Shown here piece after piece: positions 8,443 to 18,405 of a DNA stretch of 41,388 bases. The DNA comes from a virus (taxonomy: Duplodnaviria > Caudoviricetes): positions 1 through 41,388 of IMG/VR virus record IMGVR_UViG_3300031953_000045. The stretch is one strand, 5' to 3'. Numbering within the stretch: position 1 is the stretch's first letter; each line of letters starts with the position of its first letter. The translations under genes and the position numbers were made by a program. The notes below the pieces were generated by a model. That model saw only the letters and a list, made by a program, of their open reading frames with translations, did no database searches and was not told the origin of the DNA.

Positions 8443-10656
8443 ATGAACGACACACTACAACAAACCTCCGCGCTGGCGCTGCTTCTCGAAGAACGGCTGA
8501 TCGCTTGGGAGGCCGCGCGCAAGCCGCAAGAGCTGAAAATGCTGGAGTGCTACCGCGATGTGATGCGCATCCCGGCCGACGACGACACTAGCGGCACGGG
8601 ACTGGCTAAAGCCAAGAAGGCTAAAAGCCTGTTTGTCGGCTCGACCCGCAACAAGGTCAGGGCCGCACGCGCCAAGATCAATGATGCGCTGTTTGGCGCT
8701 GGCAAGCTGCCGTTTGACACCGCGCCGACGAACGAGAAGCTGGCACCCTACGCGGACGCCATCGAGGACATCCTGACGGAGCAGTTCGGGCGCATGAAGT
8801 TCAAGGCCATGATGAAGGCGGGCGTGAGCACGCTGGCAACCTACGGCACGGGCTTCGTGTTTGGGCCGTTCGTGCGCGAGGCCACAATCAAGGAAACCAG
8901 CGCCGACAATTCGGCCGGCTTTACCGCGCTCAAAGAAGAAGAATACAAGTTCGATGCGCCTTATTTTGAGCTGGGCAACACCATGGATGTGATTCCCGAT
9001 CCTGAGGCGCGCGAGATATGTGACGGCCTGGGCGTGTTTTGGGCCACACTGGAAAGTCCGCATACCGTTGCCGCATGGGCGTCGGACAAGCGTTACAACA
9101 ACATCGCAACCGCCCTACTGAATCAGGGGAGTGTCGAGGACAACGGCAGCGCCCGCACGCAGCAACTGCGCGGCAATGTTGAATACTGGCACAAGAATGA
9201 CCGCATCAAGGTCGCACGCTTCTTTGGCAAGGTACCAGCATCTGCCATGAAGGGTGTTTCCGCTGAGGATGACGCAACTGAACCCGTGGATAGCGACGCA
9301 CAAGCCGACCCGTCCGACCCGATGGTTGAGGTGGTGGTCATCATGGCAGGCGGCGTCGTTGTCAAGGTTGACAAGTCGCCTTATGGCCGTGCGCCCGCCC
9401 TGCGCTGCGTCTATGAGGACGTGCCGCATGAAGTCTGGGGTATTGGCGTCGCCGAGAACAACGCGACCCCGCAAAAGATCACGAATGCCGCTTTCCGCCT
9501 GTTCATGGAGGGTAAGGGTATGAGCTTGCTGGGTACGGCCAGCGTGGACCGCTCCAAGTTCCTGGCGACTGAGGATTTCAAGAAGTTTCCCGGCAAGGTC
9601 TACCAGATGAAGCCGGGCCTGTCGCCGGAAGAACGACAAACCGCCATCCTGCACCAGGTCGAGCCCGACATTACAGGCGGATGGATGGATGTGATCCGCA
9701 TGTCTGAGCAGTTCAGCGACGACGATACCGGAATCACCAAGTACACGCAGGGCGACGACAGCAGCAACCTAAACAAGACCGCATCCGGCATCAGTATGAT
9801 TATGTCGGCGTCCAGCCTGCCCATGAAGGAGGTCATCCAGAACATTGACGAACTCTGGATTGAGCCGATGGTCGAGAGCCTGATCGAGTGGAACCTGAAA
9901 TTTCTTGACGTGGAAACCGTGCGCAAGATTCACGGCGACGAGATTGCCGGCGTGTGGGAGCAGATCAAGCAGTTCGGCAAGCACTCGTTTATGGATTGGC
10001 AGGCCACCGGCACCAGCTCATTTATGCAAAAGGAAGTACTGACCAACAAACTCAGAGCTTTTTCTGATTTCGCCATGGGCAACCCAATGACCGCGCCACT
10101 GATCGACGCGCGCGAGTTGCTGAACCAGACCTGGGATGTGATGGAAATTGGCCGTGAGTCGCCCATCCTCAAGGAAGAAGGCGAGCAGGAGATTCCGCCG
10201 CAAGTCAAGCAGCAGCTCGACCAGATGAAGCAGCAGATGGAGCAGATGGGCGAGGCGCTGGGCAAGGCCGGCGACCATGTGGACAAGCTCGAAGCCGACC
10301 ACGAAGCCAAAGAGCATAGTAACCGCATCGCCGAGCAGGGCCGCGAGGTTGACCGCTTCAAAGCTGAAACCGAACGACTCAAGCTGGTGCTGCCGTTTCT
10401 CGATCAGCAATCACTGCAAGAACTGGCGTCCAGCGTTGGCCTGCAGGCGCGCACGACGCCCGACATTGCCACTGGTCCGCAAGCGCCAGAGTCGGAAGCC
10501 GCCAACGAGGCGCAAGAATACGCGCCAGAGCAGCCCATGGAGCAGCAGGAGCCGCAAGGCGAGGCGCTAGAGCCGCCTGGAATGCCAGAGCCGCAACAAC
10601 CCGAACAAGCGCCCACAGATGGCGCTTTTTCTTTGTCTGAACAGAGTCAGCCATGA
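8443..10656 (+). CDS. Portal protein (podovirus-type, long acidic C-terminus)
   Basis: Position after terL; 737 aa; TGITKYTQG...NKTASGISMIM motif; C-terminal coiled coil. Confidence 0.85.
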   Translation: MNDTLQQTSALALLLEERLIAWEAARKPQELKMLECYRDVMRIPADDDTSGTGLAKAKKAKSLFVGSTRNKVRAARAKINDALFGAGKLPFDTAPTNEKLAPYADAIEDILTEQFGRMKFKAMMKAGVSTLATYGTGFVFGPFVREATIKETSADNSAGFTALKEEEYKFDAPYFELGNTMDVIPDPEAREICDGLGVFWATLESPHTVAAWASDKRYNNIATALLNQGSVEDNGSARTQQLRGNVEYWHKNDRIKVARFFGKVPASAMKGVSAEDDATEPVDSDAQADPSDPMVEVVVIMAGGVVVKVDKSPYGRAPALRCVYEDVPHEVWGIGVAENNATPQKITNAAFRLFMEGKGMSLLGTASVDRSKFLATEDFKKFPGKVYQMKPGLSPEERQTAILHQVEPDITGGWMDVIRMSEQFSDDDTGITKYTQGDDSSNLNKTASGISMIMSASSLPMKEVIQNIDELWIEPMVESLIEWNLKFLDVETVRKIHGDEIAGVWEQIKQFGKHSFMDWQATGTSSFMQKEVLTNKLRAFSDFAMGNPMTAPLIDARELLNQTWDVMEIGRESPILKEEGEQEIPPQVKQQLDQMKQQMEQMGEALGKAGDHVDKLEADHEAKEHSNRIAEQGREVDRFKAETERLKLVLPFLDQQSLQELASSVGLQARTTPDIATGPQAPESEAANEAQEYAPEQPMEQQEPQGEALEPPGMPEPQQPEQAPTDGAFSLSEQSQP

Positions 10657-10901
10657 ACGCCAAGGCGCGATTGACCGAGATTGGCAACACGCTGCAGGGC
10701 ATCCAATCCGGCTGGCCCTACCTGTTGGCCGAGATCAACAGCCGCATCGAGTCGCTGACCGTGCAGCTGGTTAGCCAGGAATCCGAACAAGTGCGTGGGC
10801 GCATCAAAGCGCTCTGCGACTTGCGAGACATGCCCGAAACGCTCCAACAGGAACGCGACGGGCTGAGCGCTGCACTAGCCGATGAGGCCGCAGCAGATTG
10901 A
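10653..10901 (+). CDS. Small head-module protein
   Basis: Between portal and scaffold; VRGRIKAL motif. Confidence 0.7.
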   Translation: MNAKARLTEIGNTLQGIQSGWPYLLAEINSRIESLTVQLVSQESEQVRGRIKALCDLRDMPETLQQERDGLSAALADEAAAD

Positions 10902-10942
10902 AGTCAGGGACTATCGGGCCAACCGACCCCAAGGAGTAATCA

Positions 10943-11701
10943 GTGGACGAAACGGAATACCAAAAGCAATATGACGCCGCTGCAGCGGCATTGGACGCGG
11001 CGGCGCAAGCCACTCCCGCAGCTGGTGCTATTGAGGCGCCTGTGGTGGCTGAAAAGCTGCCCGAGCCGGTCGTGATCGCCAAGGACGAGGCCGCAAAGCC
11101 AGACCCCATGGCTGAACTGACAGCGCGTGTCGAGAAGGCCGAGAAGATCGCCAGGGATAACCAAGCCTGGGCGACCAAGGCGGCACAAGAAGCCGCGCAA
11201 CTGCGCAGGGAGCGGGAAAGCGAACGCCGCGAAGCCAGCAAGCCAACTATTTTGGATGCCAATCCAGAACTGGCCGAAGCCATCCGCTACGTGACGCAAG
11301 ACCCGGCGCCCGCACAGCAACGTGACCAGCAGGCGCAGGAGTGGCAGAACGTCATTGACAAGGCCCACCCGGGAATTTTCAGCAACGATCTGGACCCTGA
11401 ACTGCTGAAATCGCTGGAAACGCGGCTTTCTGCGCTGGACCACGACACCCGGCAAGACCCAATTGCGGTCATCCGCGAAATCACTGAAGAAAAGCTGGCG
11501 CATGCCGAGCGGAATATCGGCAAGCGTTTTGCTGCCGAGTCCGCCAAGCTGGCGCAAAAGTCGGCGATGAGTGTTCCCGGCGCAGGCTCGGGCGGGGGCG
11601 TCAAGTCCTCGCCCGATGCCGCGCTGCAGGATGTTCGTCGTTTCCAAAACATGACCGACGCGGAATTTCAAAAGGAAGTCCGCAGAGTCAAGGGCTACTA
11701 G
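10943..11701 (+). CDS. Capsid scaffolding protein
   Basis: Helical, charged protein just upstream of the major capsid gene; AAGGAG RBS with GTG start. Confidence 0.7.
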   Translation: MDETEYQKQYDAAAAALDAAAQATPAAGAIEAPVVAEKLPEPVVIAKDEAAKPDPMAELTARVEKAEKIARDNQAWATKAAQEAAQLRRERESERREASKPTILDANPELAEAIRYVTQDPAPAQQRDQQAQEWQNVIDKAHPGIFSNDLDPELLKSLETRLSALDHDTRQDPIAVIREITEEKLAHAERNIGKRFAAESAKLAQKSAMSVPGAGSGGGVKSSPDAALQDVRRFQNMTDAEFQKEVRRVKGY

Positions 11702-11719
11702 CCCGATAGAAAGTAAATC

Positions 11720-12709
11720 ATGCCAACCACCACCATCACCCAAGTCCCACCCGGCACGCAAGCCTTTTACGACCGCAACCTGCTGGAGCGCGCCAAGCCT
11801 TCTGAGGTGCACGGCCGTTTCGGCCAGAAGCGCCCCATCAGCAAGAAATCTGGGAATCAGATCAAGTTCCGTCGCTATTCGGCCCTGGCTGCTGCGACCA
11901 CGCCACTCGTCGAGGGCGTGACACCTGCCGGCTCCAGCCTAGCTGTGACCGACATCACCGCCACGCTGGCGCAATACGGCGACTTCATCACGCTCTCGGA
12001 TGTGGTGGATATGGTCAACCAAGACCCAGTAATCACCGAGGCCACCGATGTTCTGGGCGACCAGGCAGGCCTCACGATTGACCTGATCCGCCGCGATGTA
12101 CTGGTGGCTGGGACCAACGTGGCGTATGCCAGTGGCGTGGCGGCTCGCGTCAACGTCAACAACAAGCTGACCGCGTCTGACCTGGACAAGGCTATCCGCT
12201 TCCTGAAGAACCAGAACGCCAAGTTCATGAAGGAGGGCATCCCGCCATCGACCGGCGTCGGCACGGGTGCAGTGCGCAAGGCATTCATCGGCGTGGCTCA
12301 CCCGGATACCGAGTTTGACCTGGAAAACCTGATCGGCTTCAAACCTGTATCGGATTACCCGGCGCAAATGGGCGTGATGGAAGATGAGATCGGCGCGTAC
12401 AAGAACATCCGCTTCATCTCATCCACCAGCGCCAAGGTGTTCGCAGGCGGTGGCGCAGCAGGGACCGCGCTCTACAAGAACAACGGTGTGAATTTCGACG
12501 TGTACGCCACGCTGATCTTTGCCGCTGACTCTTACGGCGTGTGCCCGCTGTCCGGCGAAGCGATGCAGACCATCGTCAAGCCGCTGGGCTCTGCCGGTTC
12601 GGCTGATCCGCTGAACCAGCGCAGCTCCGTGGGCTGGAAGGCCGTGACAACCACCAAAATTTTGAACGAAGCTTGGCTCGTTCGTTTGGAAAGTGGCGCA
12701 TCCCTGTAA
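11720..12709 (+). CDS. Major capsid protein, N4-gp56 family
   Basis: FYDRNLLERA...FGQKRPI...IKFRRY, LVEGVTP, QYGDFITLSD and DPLNQRSSVGWK. Confidence 0.9.
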   Translation: MPTTTITQVPPGTQAFYDRNLLERAKPSEVHGRFGQKRPISKKSGNQIKFRRYSALAAATTPLVEGVTPAGSSLAVTDITATLAQYGDFITLSDVVDMVNQDPVITEATDVLGDQAGLTIDLIRRDVLVAGTNVAYASGVAARVNVNNKLTASDLDKAIRFLKNQNAKFMKEGIPPSTGVGTGAVRKAFIGVAHPDTEFDLENLIGFKPVSDYPAQMGVMEDEIGAYKNIRFISSTSAKVFAGGGAAGTALYKNNGVNFDVYATLIFAADSYGVCPLSGEAMQTIVKPLGSAGSADPLNQRSSVGWKAVTTTKILNEAWLVRLESGASL

Positions 12710-12725
12710 TCACCTCTGAAACCCC

Positions 12726-12756
12726 AAAAAGCCAGCCTAACCCGCTGGCTTTTTTT
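12726..12756 (+). terminator. Intrinsic terminator after the capsid gene
   Basis: GCCAGC-7-GCTGGC followed by T7. Confidence 0.85.
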
Positions 12757-12768
12757 ATGGACACACCC

Positions 12769-13062
12769 ATGAGTGAACAAGCTGAAATCAAAGAAGACAA
12801 CGCCAAGACCCCCAAGGTCAAGGCGCTGCGCAAATACAAAATCACCGTCCATAGCGAGGGCGAGGGCGGCGACAAGGGGGATGTACTGATCGGGCACAAC
12901 TTCCAGTTACTGCAAATCCGCCGTGATGTGGAGGTCGTCATTGATGAGAATTTCCTGAACGTCCTGAAATCGTCCGTGATTGACACGCACGTCAAGGGCG
13001 ACGACGACAAGATGCGCGCCGTGAAGATCCCGCGCTACTCCTTCACTGCTGAGCCGCTGTAA
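12769..13062 (+). CDS. Hypothetical virion-associated protein
   Basis: In the late operon after the capsid gene. Confidence 0.7.
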   Translation: MSEQAEIKEDNAKTPKVKALRKYKITVHSEGEGGDKGDVLIGHNFQLLQIRRDVEVVIDENFLNVLKSSVIDTHVKGDDDKMRAVKIPRYSFTAEPL

Positions 13063-13722
13063 ATGGCCATCGTCCTGCTCGGCGGCCCGTGGACGCTCGC
13101 CGCCTCTGATATCTGCACCGACGCCCTGGAGCACCTGGGCGTGATTGCGGACGGCGAAACCGCCAGCAGCAGCGACATGCAGACGGCATTGCGCGCACTC
13201 AATGGCGTGCTGAAAGAGTTGCCGCTGATGGGCTACCACTGGCCGGCATTGTCTGGCGAAGTGGCGCTGGCCTGGGATGGCGTGCAAGCGGTGGCGCTGC
13301 CTGACGACTACTACGGCCACCCGGTCGCCTGGAGTGCCGCCAGCGGCGCCAGGGTGCGGCTGATGCAATTGACGCATGCCGAGTGGCTGGCCGTGCCTGA
13401 CCGCACGCAGGCCGGCAGCGCCACACACTTTTGCATGAACCCGCTGGGTGAGCTGCTGCTGTGGCCCGTGCCATCGGTCAACCCGGTGCTGACGCTGCAA
13501 TATCAGCGCGAAGTCCCGGATGTCGAGATCATCGCCGCGCCCATGCTGCCGCTTTACTGGCTCAACCCGCTGGGCTACGGCGTGGCGAGTGAGTTGGCGT
13601 TGAAATTCGGCGTGCCGCAGGACAAGCGCACCGAGATCGCCCAACGCTGGGATGCCAAGAAGGCCCGCGCACTGGAAAGCTCGATTGCCTCTGAGGTCAT
13701 TTCCTTTTCTGTGGCTGACTGA
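13063..13722 (+). CDS. Head-tail adaptor (P22 gp4-like)
   Basis: DICTDALEHLGVIADGE...ALRALN N-terminus; position. Confidence 0.7.
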   Translation: MAIVLLGGPWTLAASDICTDALEHLGVIADGETASSSDMQTALRALNGVLKELPLMGYHWPALSGEVALAWDGVQAVALPDDYYGHPVAWSAASGARVRLMQLTHAEWLAVPDRTQAGSATHFCMNPLGELLLWPVPSVNPVLTLQYQREVPDVEIIAAPMLPLYWLNPLGYGVASELALKFGVPQDKRTEIAQRWDAKKARALESSIASEVISFSVAD

Positions 13723-15155
13723 TGAAAACAAAGTTGCCGTTTATCGGCCCAGCCTACGCCGCACGTTCCAGCAACATCGACGCCCAGCGCAGCGTGAACT
13801 GTTTCATGGAGCTGGACAACGCCAGCCCGCGCGCGCCCGCGGCACTGTACGGAACGCCCGGCACGGTGCGCAAATTCACGCTTCCCACTGGCCCGGTCCG
13901 CGCCGCCTGGAAAGAGCGCGCCTTTAGCTGGTGGGTGGCGGGCAACACCGTCTATCGGGTCGATGCGTCCTTTGCCATCGTCGCGCTCGGCACTATCAGC
14001 ACCTTCTCGGGCGAGGTTGGCATGTGTTCCAACGGCTCGCAGGTCTTGATTGTTGACGGCATGGCGGGCTGGATCATCGACACGGCGACCTCAACCATGA
14101 AGGCGATTGACTCCGAAGGCTTCCCGGCTGGCGTCAAGCGCGCGACTTACCAGGATGGTTACTTCATCGTCACGGGTCATCCCGGCTCGCAGTCGTTTTG
14201 GCTCAACCAGACGCCCTACGATGGCGCCACATGGGACGCGCTGGACTTCGCCAGTGCAGAGGGCTCGCCCGATAACACGGTGGGCCTGATCTCGGATCAC
14301 CGCGAGCTGTGGCTATTTGGCGAGTTGTCGGCAGAAGTCTGGATGAACACCGGATCAAGCGATTTCCCGTTTCAGCGCAGCGGCAACACCTTCATCGAGC
14401 ACGGCTGTGCGGCGGCCGGCACGATCTGCAAGGCTGACAACACGGTGTTTTGGCTCGGTGCTGACGACAAGGGGGCCGGGATTGTCTGGCGCGCAGCAGG
14501 CTACACGCCGACCCGCATCAGCACGCACGCGCTCGAACACGCGCTGGCCGGCTACACGCTGAGTGACGCCTTTGCCTTCACCTATCAGCAGGAAGGCCAT
14601 ATTTTTTATGTGCTGACCTTCCCGACTGCGCAGGCTACATGGGTTTATGACGCATCTACGCAGGCATGGCATGAACGCGCATGGATGAACCCGGCCACGG
14701 GCGTTCTGAGCCGCTGGCGGGCAAATTGCTGCGTGTTTTTCAATGGCGCGCATCTGGTGGGCGACCATGAAACCGGTGCGGTCTATGCGCTCGATCTTGA
14801 CTGCTTCACAGATGACGGCGGGCCGATCAAAAGGATTCGCACCACGGCGACCACCGAAGGGCTGCAAAACCGGCTGTTTTATTCATCCCTGCAGGTGGAC
14901 ATGGAAACCGGCGTAGGCCTGGCTGTCGGGCAAGGATCGGACCCCAAGCTGATGCTGCGCTATTCAAGTGATGGCGGTCACACCTGGAGCAACGAGAAAA
15001 GCGCCACGGTGGGCAAAGTCGGTGAATACGGCGCCCGCGCCAAGTTCAACCGGCTCGGCAGTGGCAGAAACCGCGTCTGGGAGCTGTCTTTCACCGATCC
15101 CTGTCGGTTCGCCATCTTGGGCGCGGTGGTCGAAGGCGAGCCAGGCACAGTATGA
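13722..15155 (+). CDS. Tail hub / DNA stabilization protein (P22 gp10-like)
   Basis: QDGYFI, DFASAEGSPD, YQQEGHIFYVLTFP and SSDGGHTWS motifs. Confidence 0.85.
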   Translation: MKTKLPFIGPAYAARSSNIDAQRSVNCFMELDNASPRAPAALYGTPGTVRKFTLPTGPVRAAWKERAFSWWVAGNTVYRVDASFAIVALGTISTFSGEVGMCSNGSQVLIVDGMAGWIIDTATSTMKAIDSEGFPAGVKRATYQDGYFIVTGHPGSQSFWLNQTPYDGATWDALDFASAEGSPDNTVGLISDHRELWLFGELSAEVWMNTGSSDFPFQRSGNTFIEHGCAAAGTICKADNTVFWLGADDKGAGIVWRAAGYTPTRISTHALEHALAGYTLSDAFAFTYQQEGHIFYVLTFPTAQATWVYDASTQAWHERAWMNPATGVLSRWRANCCVFFNGAHLVGDHETGAVYALDLDCFTDDGGPIKRIRTTATTEGLQNRLFYSSLQVDMETGVGLAVGQGSDPKLMLRYSSDGGHTWSNEKSATVGKVGEYGARAKFNRLGSGRNRVWELSFTDPCRFAILGAVVEGEPGTV

Positions 15156-15592
15156 CCGCCATCAACCTATCCACACGCATCCGCTTCGTCAATGCGGACG
15201 GCACGCTGACGCCAGAGGCCTACCGCTCGCTGATCGAGATCATCAGCCGCACGGGTGGCGTGCTGGGTGGCAGCAGTGGCGATACCCTGGTGTCAACCGA
15301 TCCCAGCACCGTCGATGCGCCATCGGTCAGCGAGATGGTCATGCAACCCATACCCGACCGCGCCATGACGGCGCCTGAGTCCGTGGCTGTGAGCGCTTCT
15401 CCGTTCACTTATCGGGCCGGCAGGGACGGCTATTTTGTCGTGACGGGCGGCACGGTCAGCAAGCAGGAGTACGGACGCGGCGCGACCTTTACTGATGTGG
15501 GTCTGCTCACTTCCATGCTGTCCATTTTGACCGGCGACGCCATCCGCGTGACCTATGCAGCGGTTCCGAAAATCACATTTATCCCAAGGTAG
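15152..15592 (+). CDS. Tail-associated structural protein (gp26 position)
   Basis: Position; beta-rich C-terminal domain. Confidence 0.55.
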   Translation: MTAINLSTRIRFVNADGTLTPEAYRSLIEIISRTGGVLGGSSGDTLVSTDPSTVDAPSVSEMVMQPIPDRAMTAPESVAVSASPFTYRAGRDGYFVVTGGTVSKQEYGRGATFTDVGLLTSMLSILTGDAIRVTYAAVPKITFIPR

Positions 15593-15595
15593 CCC

Positions 15596-15937
15596 ATGCA
15601 ACGACTCCCCAAACGCCTGATTGACGGCGTGCAACTGACGGCTGACGCGGTGATTTACTACGCAGCCTCAGCCAACAGCCTGACCACCATCAGCGCAGCC
15701 AGCGTGACCAACACCACAGCCACAGCGCAAGCCGTCACCATCCACCTGGTGCCATCGGGGGGCGCCGCAGGCGTGGGTAATGTCGTCTGCTCGGGCCGCG
15801 TGGTGGCGCCGGGCGAGACTTTCAACGTGTCGGGCTGCATCGGGCAGACGCTGGCAGCGGGCGGCACGATTCAAGCGCTGAGCGATGCGGCTGCAGCCCT
15901 TACGCTGGTGGCATCTGGTTATGTGACAACGCCGTAA
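15596..15937 (+). CDS. Small beta-rich virion protein
   Basis: VTNTT...VAPGETF...LAAGGTIQA motif; late operon. Confidence 0.6.
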   Translation: MQRLPKRLIDGVQLTADAVIYYAASANSLTTISAASVTNTTATAQAVTIHLVPSGGAAGVGNVVCSGRVVAPGETFNVSGCIGQTLAAGGTIQALSDAAAALTLVASGYVTTP

Positions 15938-15939
15938 CC

Positions 15940-16422
15940 ATGAAAGCGACCTACGGCCCCGGTTTCAGCGTCAAGCCAGCAGTCACGCAGCGCGAGAAGG
16001 CCGAACGCCTGGAGCGCGCCATGCTGGCCCTGCCGCAGGCAGATTGCCCGGTGCGGCATTACTTTGCGCCCGGCCTGTATGCCCGCGAGATGACCATCCC
16101 CAAGGGCGTGACCGTGACCGGGGCCGTTCACAAGACGGAACACCTGATTGTCGTCAGCATGGGCCGGCTGCGCGTCAGCACGGATGGCGGCTGGCGCGAT
16201 GTGGCGGCGGGAGAAACCATTACCTGCAAGCCGGGCATGAAAAACGCCGTCTTTGCGCTGGAGGATTCGCGCTGGACCAACTTCCTGCCAAACCCTGAAA
16301 ACATTACCGACACCGACAAGCTGACAGAGCTTTTCACCGAATCCAAGGCGTCCGAACTGCTGGGCGGTGCGGACAACAAGCAACTTGCGGCCAATGCGGC
16401 AGCGGAAAGAATCGAGGCTTAA
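15940..16422 (+). CDS. Cupin-like protein in the tail module
   Basis: HYFAPGLYAREMTIPKG...GAVHKTEHL...GRLRV cupin pattern. Confidence 0.65.
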   Translation: MKATYGPGFSVKPAVTQREKAERLERAMLALPQADCPVRHYFAPGLYAREMTIPKGVTVTGAVHKTEHLIVVSMGRLRVSTDGGWRDVAAGETITCKPGMKNAVFALEDSRWTNFLPNPENITDTDKLTELFTESKASELLGGADNKQLAANAAAERIEA

Positions 16423-16423
16423 T

Positions 16424-17185
16424 ATGGCTTTTGGCATCAGTGCAGGAACCTATTTAATGGCAGGCACCGCGCTGGCGGGCGGCATGATGGCCTCCGGCGC
16501 CGCCGGCGACGCAGCCGACGCGCAATCGGCCGCCGCCGCGCAGTCCGATGCGACCCAGCGCTACCAGTACGACACGACCCGCGCCGACAACGCGCCATTC
16601 CGCGAGACTGGCGTGCAGGCGAATAACAAGCTGGCCGACCTGATGAACAGCGGCCAGTTTGGGCGCAGCTTCAGCCAAGCCGACCTGAACGCCGATCCGG
16701 TGTATCAAAACGGCCTGCAGTTTGGCCTCAATGAAGGCACCAAGGGGATTAACCGGCAAGCGGCGGCGGGCGGCTCGATGCTGTCTGGCGCCACGCTCAA
16801 GGCGCTTACCCGCTTCGGCAACGACTACGGCTCGACCAAGGCGAACGAGTCCTACAACCGCTTCAACACCGACCAGAACAGCCAGTACAACAAGCTCGCC
16901 GGTCTGTCGGGCGCGGGCCAGCAGGCGACCAACCAGGTCAGCGCAGCCGGGCAGAACATGGCGAACAATATCAGCCAGTCACAGCAGGGCGTGGGCAATG
17001 CACGCGGCTCGGCCTATCTGGCGCAGGGCAATGCCTGGCAGAACTCGCTCAATGGCGGCGTGTCGGCCTTCAATCAGTACAACGGCGGCGCCAATAGCCT
17101 TTATGGTGGCTCTGGCATCAGTGGCGGCGGCGGCTTCGGCTCAGGCTCGATCTTTGGCAATCAAGACCTTGGTCAGAACTTCTAA
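16424..17185 (+). CDS. DNA ejection protein (P22 gp7-like)
   Basis: Hydrophobic Gly/Ala N-terminus; AAAGGSMLSGATLKAL motif; Gln/Asn/Gly-rich. Confidence 0.8.
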   Translation: MAFGISAGTYLMAGTALAGGMMASGAAGDAADAQSAAAAQSDATQRYQYDTTRADNAPFRETGVQANNKLADLMNSGQFGRSFSQADLNADPVYQNGLQFGLNEGTKGINRQAAAGGSMLSGATLKALTRFGNDYGSTKANESYNRFNTDQNSQYNKLAGLSGAGQQATNQVSAAGQNMANNISQSQQGVGNARGSAYLAQGNAWQNSLNGGVSAFNQYNGGANSLYGGSGISGGGGFGSGSIFGNQDLGQNF

Positions 17186-17193
17186 GGGTACAC

Positions 17194-18405
17194 ATGGCTA
17201 TTGACAGCAGCATTTACAACCTCGCCGGCCGGGGCGTCAAGTCCGTGGCCGAATACGACGCCGAAGCCTCGCAGGGCCGGCAAAACAAGCTCGCCGAACT
17301 GGTGAACGGCGCGAAGATGGACGAATACACGCGCGGCGTGGCCGACCAGAACACCTTGCGCGGCGTCTATTCCAAGTTTGGCGCCGACAGCACGGCCAAC
17401 ACCAACGCGCTGTATCAGGCTGGACTCGGCAAGGAGGCGGGCGCCTATGCCAAGTCGGCCGCAGACTTGGCAAAAGACAAGGCCGCGACCGAAAAGTCGC
17501 AACTGGAGACCACCATGCAGCAAATGGCGATTGCCAGTCAATTGCTTGCCAGCGTCACCGACCAGCCAAGCTACGACCGGGCGCGCGCTGAGGCAAAGGC
17601 GCGCGGCCTTGATGTGTCGCGCATGCAGCCGAACTACGATCCAGCATTTATCGCGCAAAAAGTGCAGGAGGGGTTAACGAACAAAGAGCGGCTGGAGCAG
17701 TATTGGAAAAAGCAGGGTTATGACCTGGACGTGAAAAAGGTTGACGAAACCGGCCGGCACAACCGCACCACCGAAGGATTGACCGCTAACGGCCAGCAAA
17801 TCCAGATTCGTGGGCAAAACATGGTTGAAGGCCGGGCCGCGCAATCGCACGGCCTGTCACGCGAACGGCTGGAGTTTGAGAAAACCAAGCCCGGCGCAGC
17901 GGGTGCGCCAGCCAAGCCGCTGCCGGTGGCGGCACTCAAGCTGCGCATTGAGGCGCAGGATGCGGCCGACACAGCAGAGGGCATCAATGAGCGCCTGGGC
18001 GTAGTGGAAAAGCGCATTACTGACAAGAAGCTCAGTTTTGGCCCGGCGTCGAATCTGGCCAATTCTGCGTTAAACGCTGCCGGCATATCCACCGAGGGCA
18101 GTCGCAACCTGTCCAGTTTCAAGTCGGAAATGGAGAAGCTGCGCAATGATTCCTTGCGCCTAAACAAAGGTGTGCAGACTGATGGCGACGCCCAGCGCGC
18201 TTGGAACGAGTTGTTCCAGAACATCAACGATACCAAGCTGGTGCAGCAGCGCATGACCGAAATTAAGCAGATCAACGCACGCGCAAAGAATCTGCGACTG
18301 ATGGAGGTAGACACGATCAACCGCAACTACGGCGGAACGTCCGAGGCAACCACTACAAAATCGGCGCCCGCCAGTGTGGATAGCTTGCTGGAGAAGTACA
18401 AATAA
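17194..18405 (+). CDS. DNA ejection protein (gp20-like)
   Basis: Position; helical; ETGRHNR and LNKGVQTDGDAQRA motifs. Confidence 0.7.
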   Translation: MAIDSSIYNLAGRGVKSVAEYDAEASQGRQNKLAELVNGAKMDEYTRGVADQNTLRGVYSKFGADSTANTNALYQAGLGKEAGAYAKSAADLAKDKAATEKSQLETTMQQMAIASQLLASVTDQPSYDRARAEAKARGLDVSRMQPNYDPAFIAQKVQEGLTNKERLEQYWKKQGYDLDVKKVDETGRHNRTTEGLTANGQQIQIRGQNMVEGRAAQSHGLSRERLEFEKTKPGAAGAPAKPLPVAALKLRIEAQDAADTAEGINERLGVVEKRITDKKLSFGPASNLANSALNAAGISTEGSRNLSSFKSEMEKLRNDSLRLNKGVQTDGDAQRAWNELFQNINDTKLVQQRMTEIKQINARAKNLRLMEVDTINRNYGGTSEATTTKSAPASVDSLLEKYK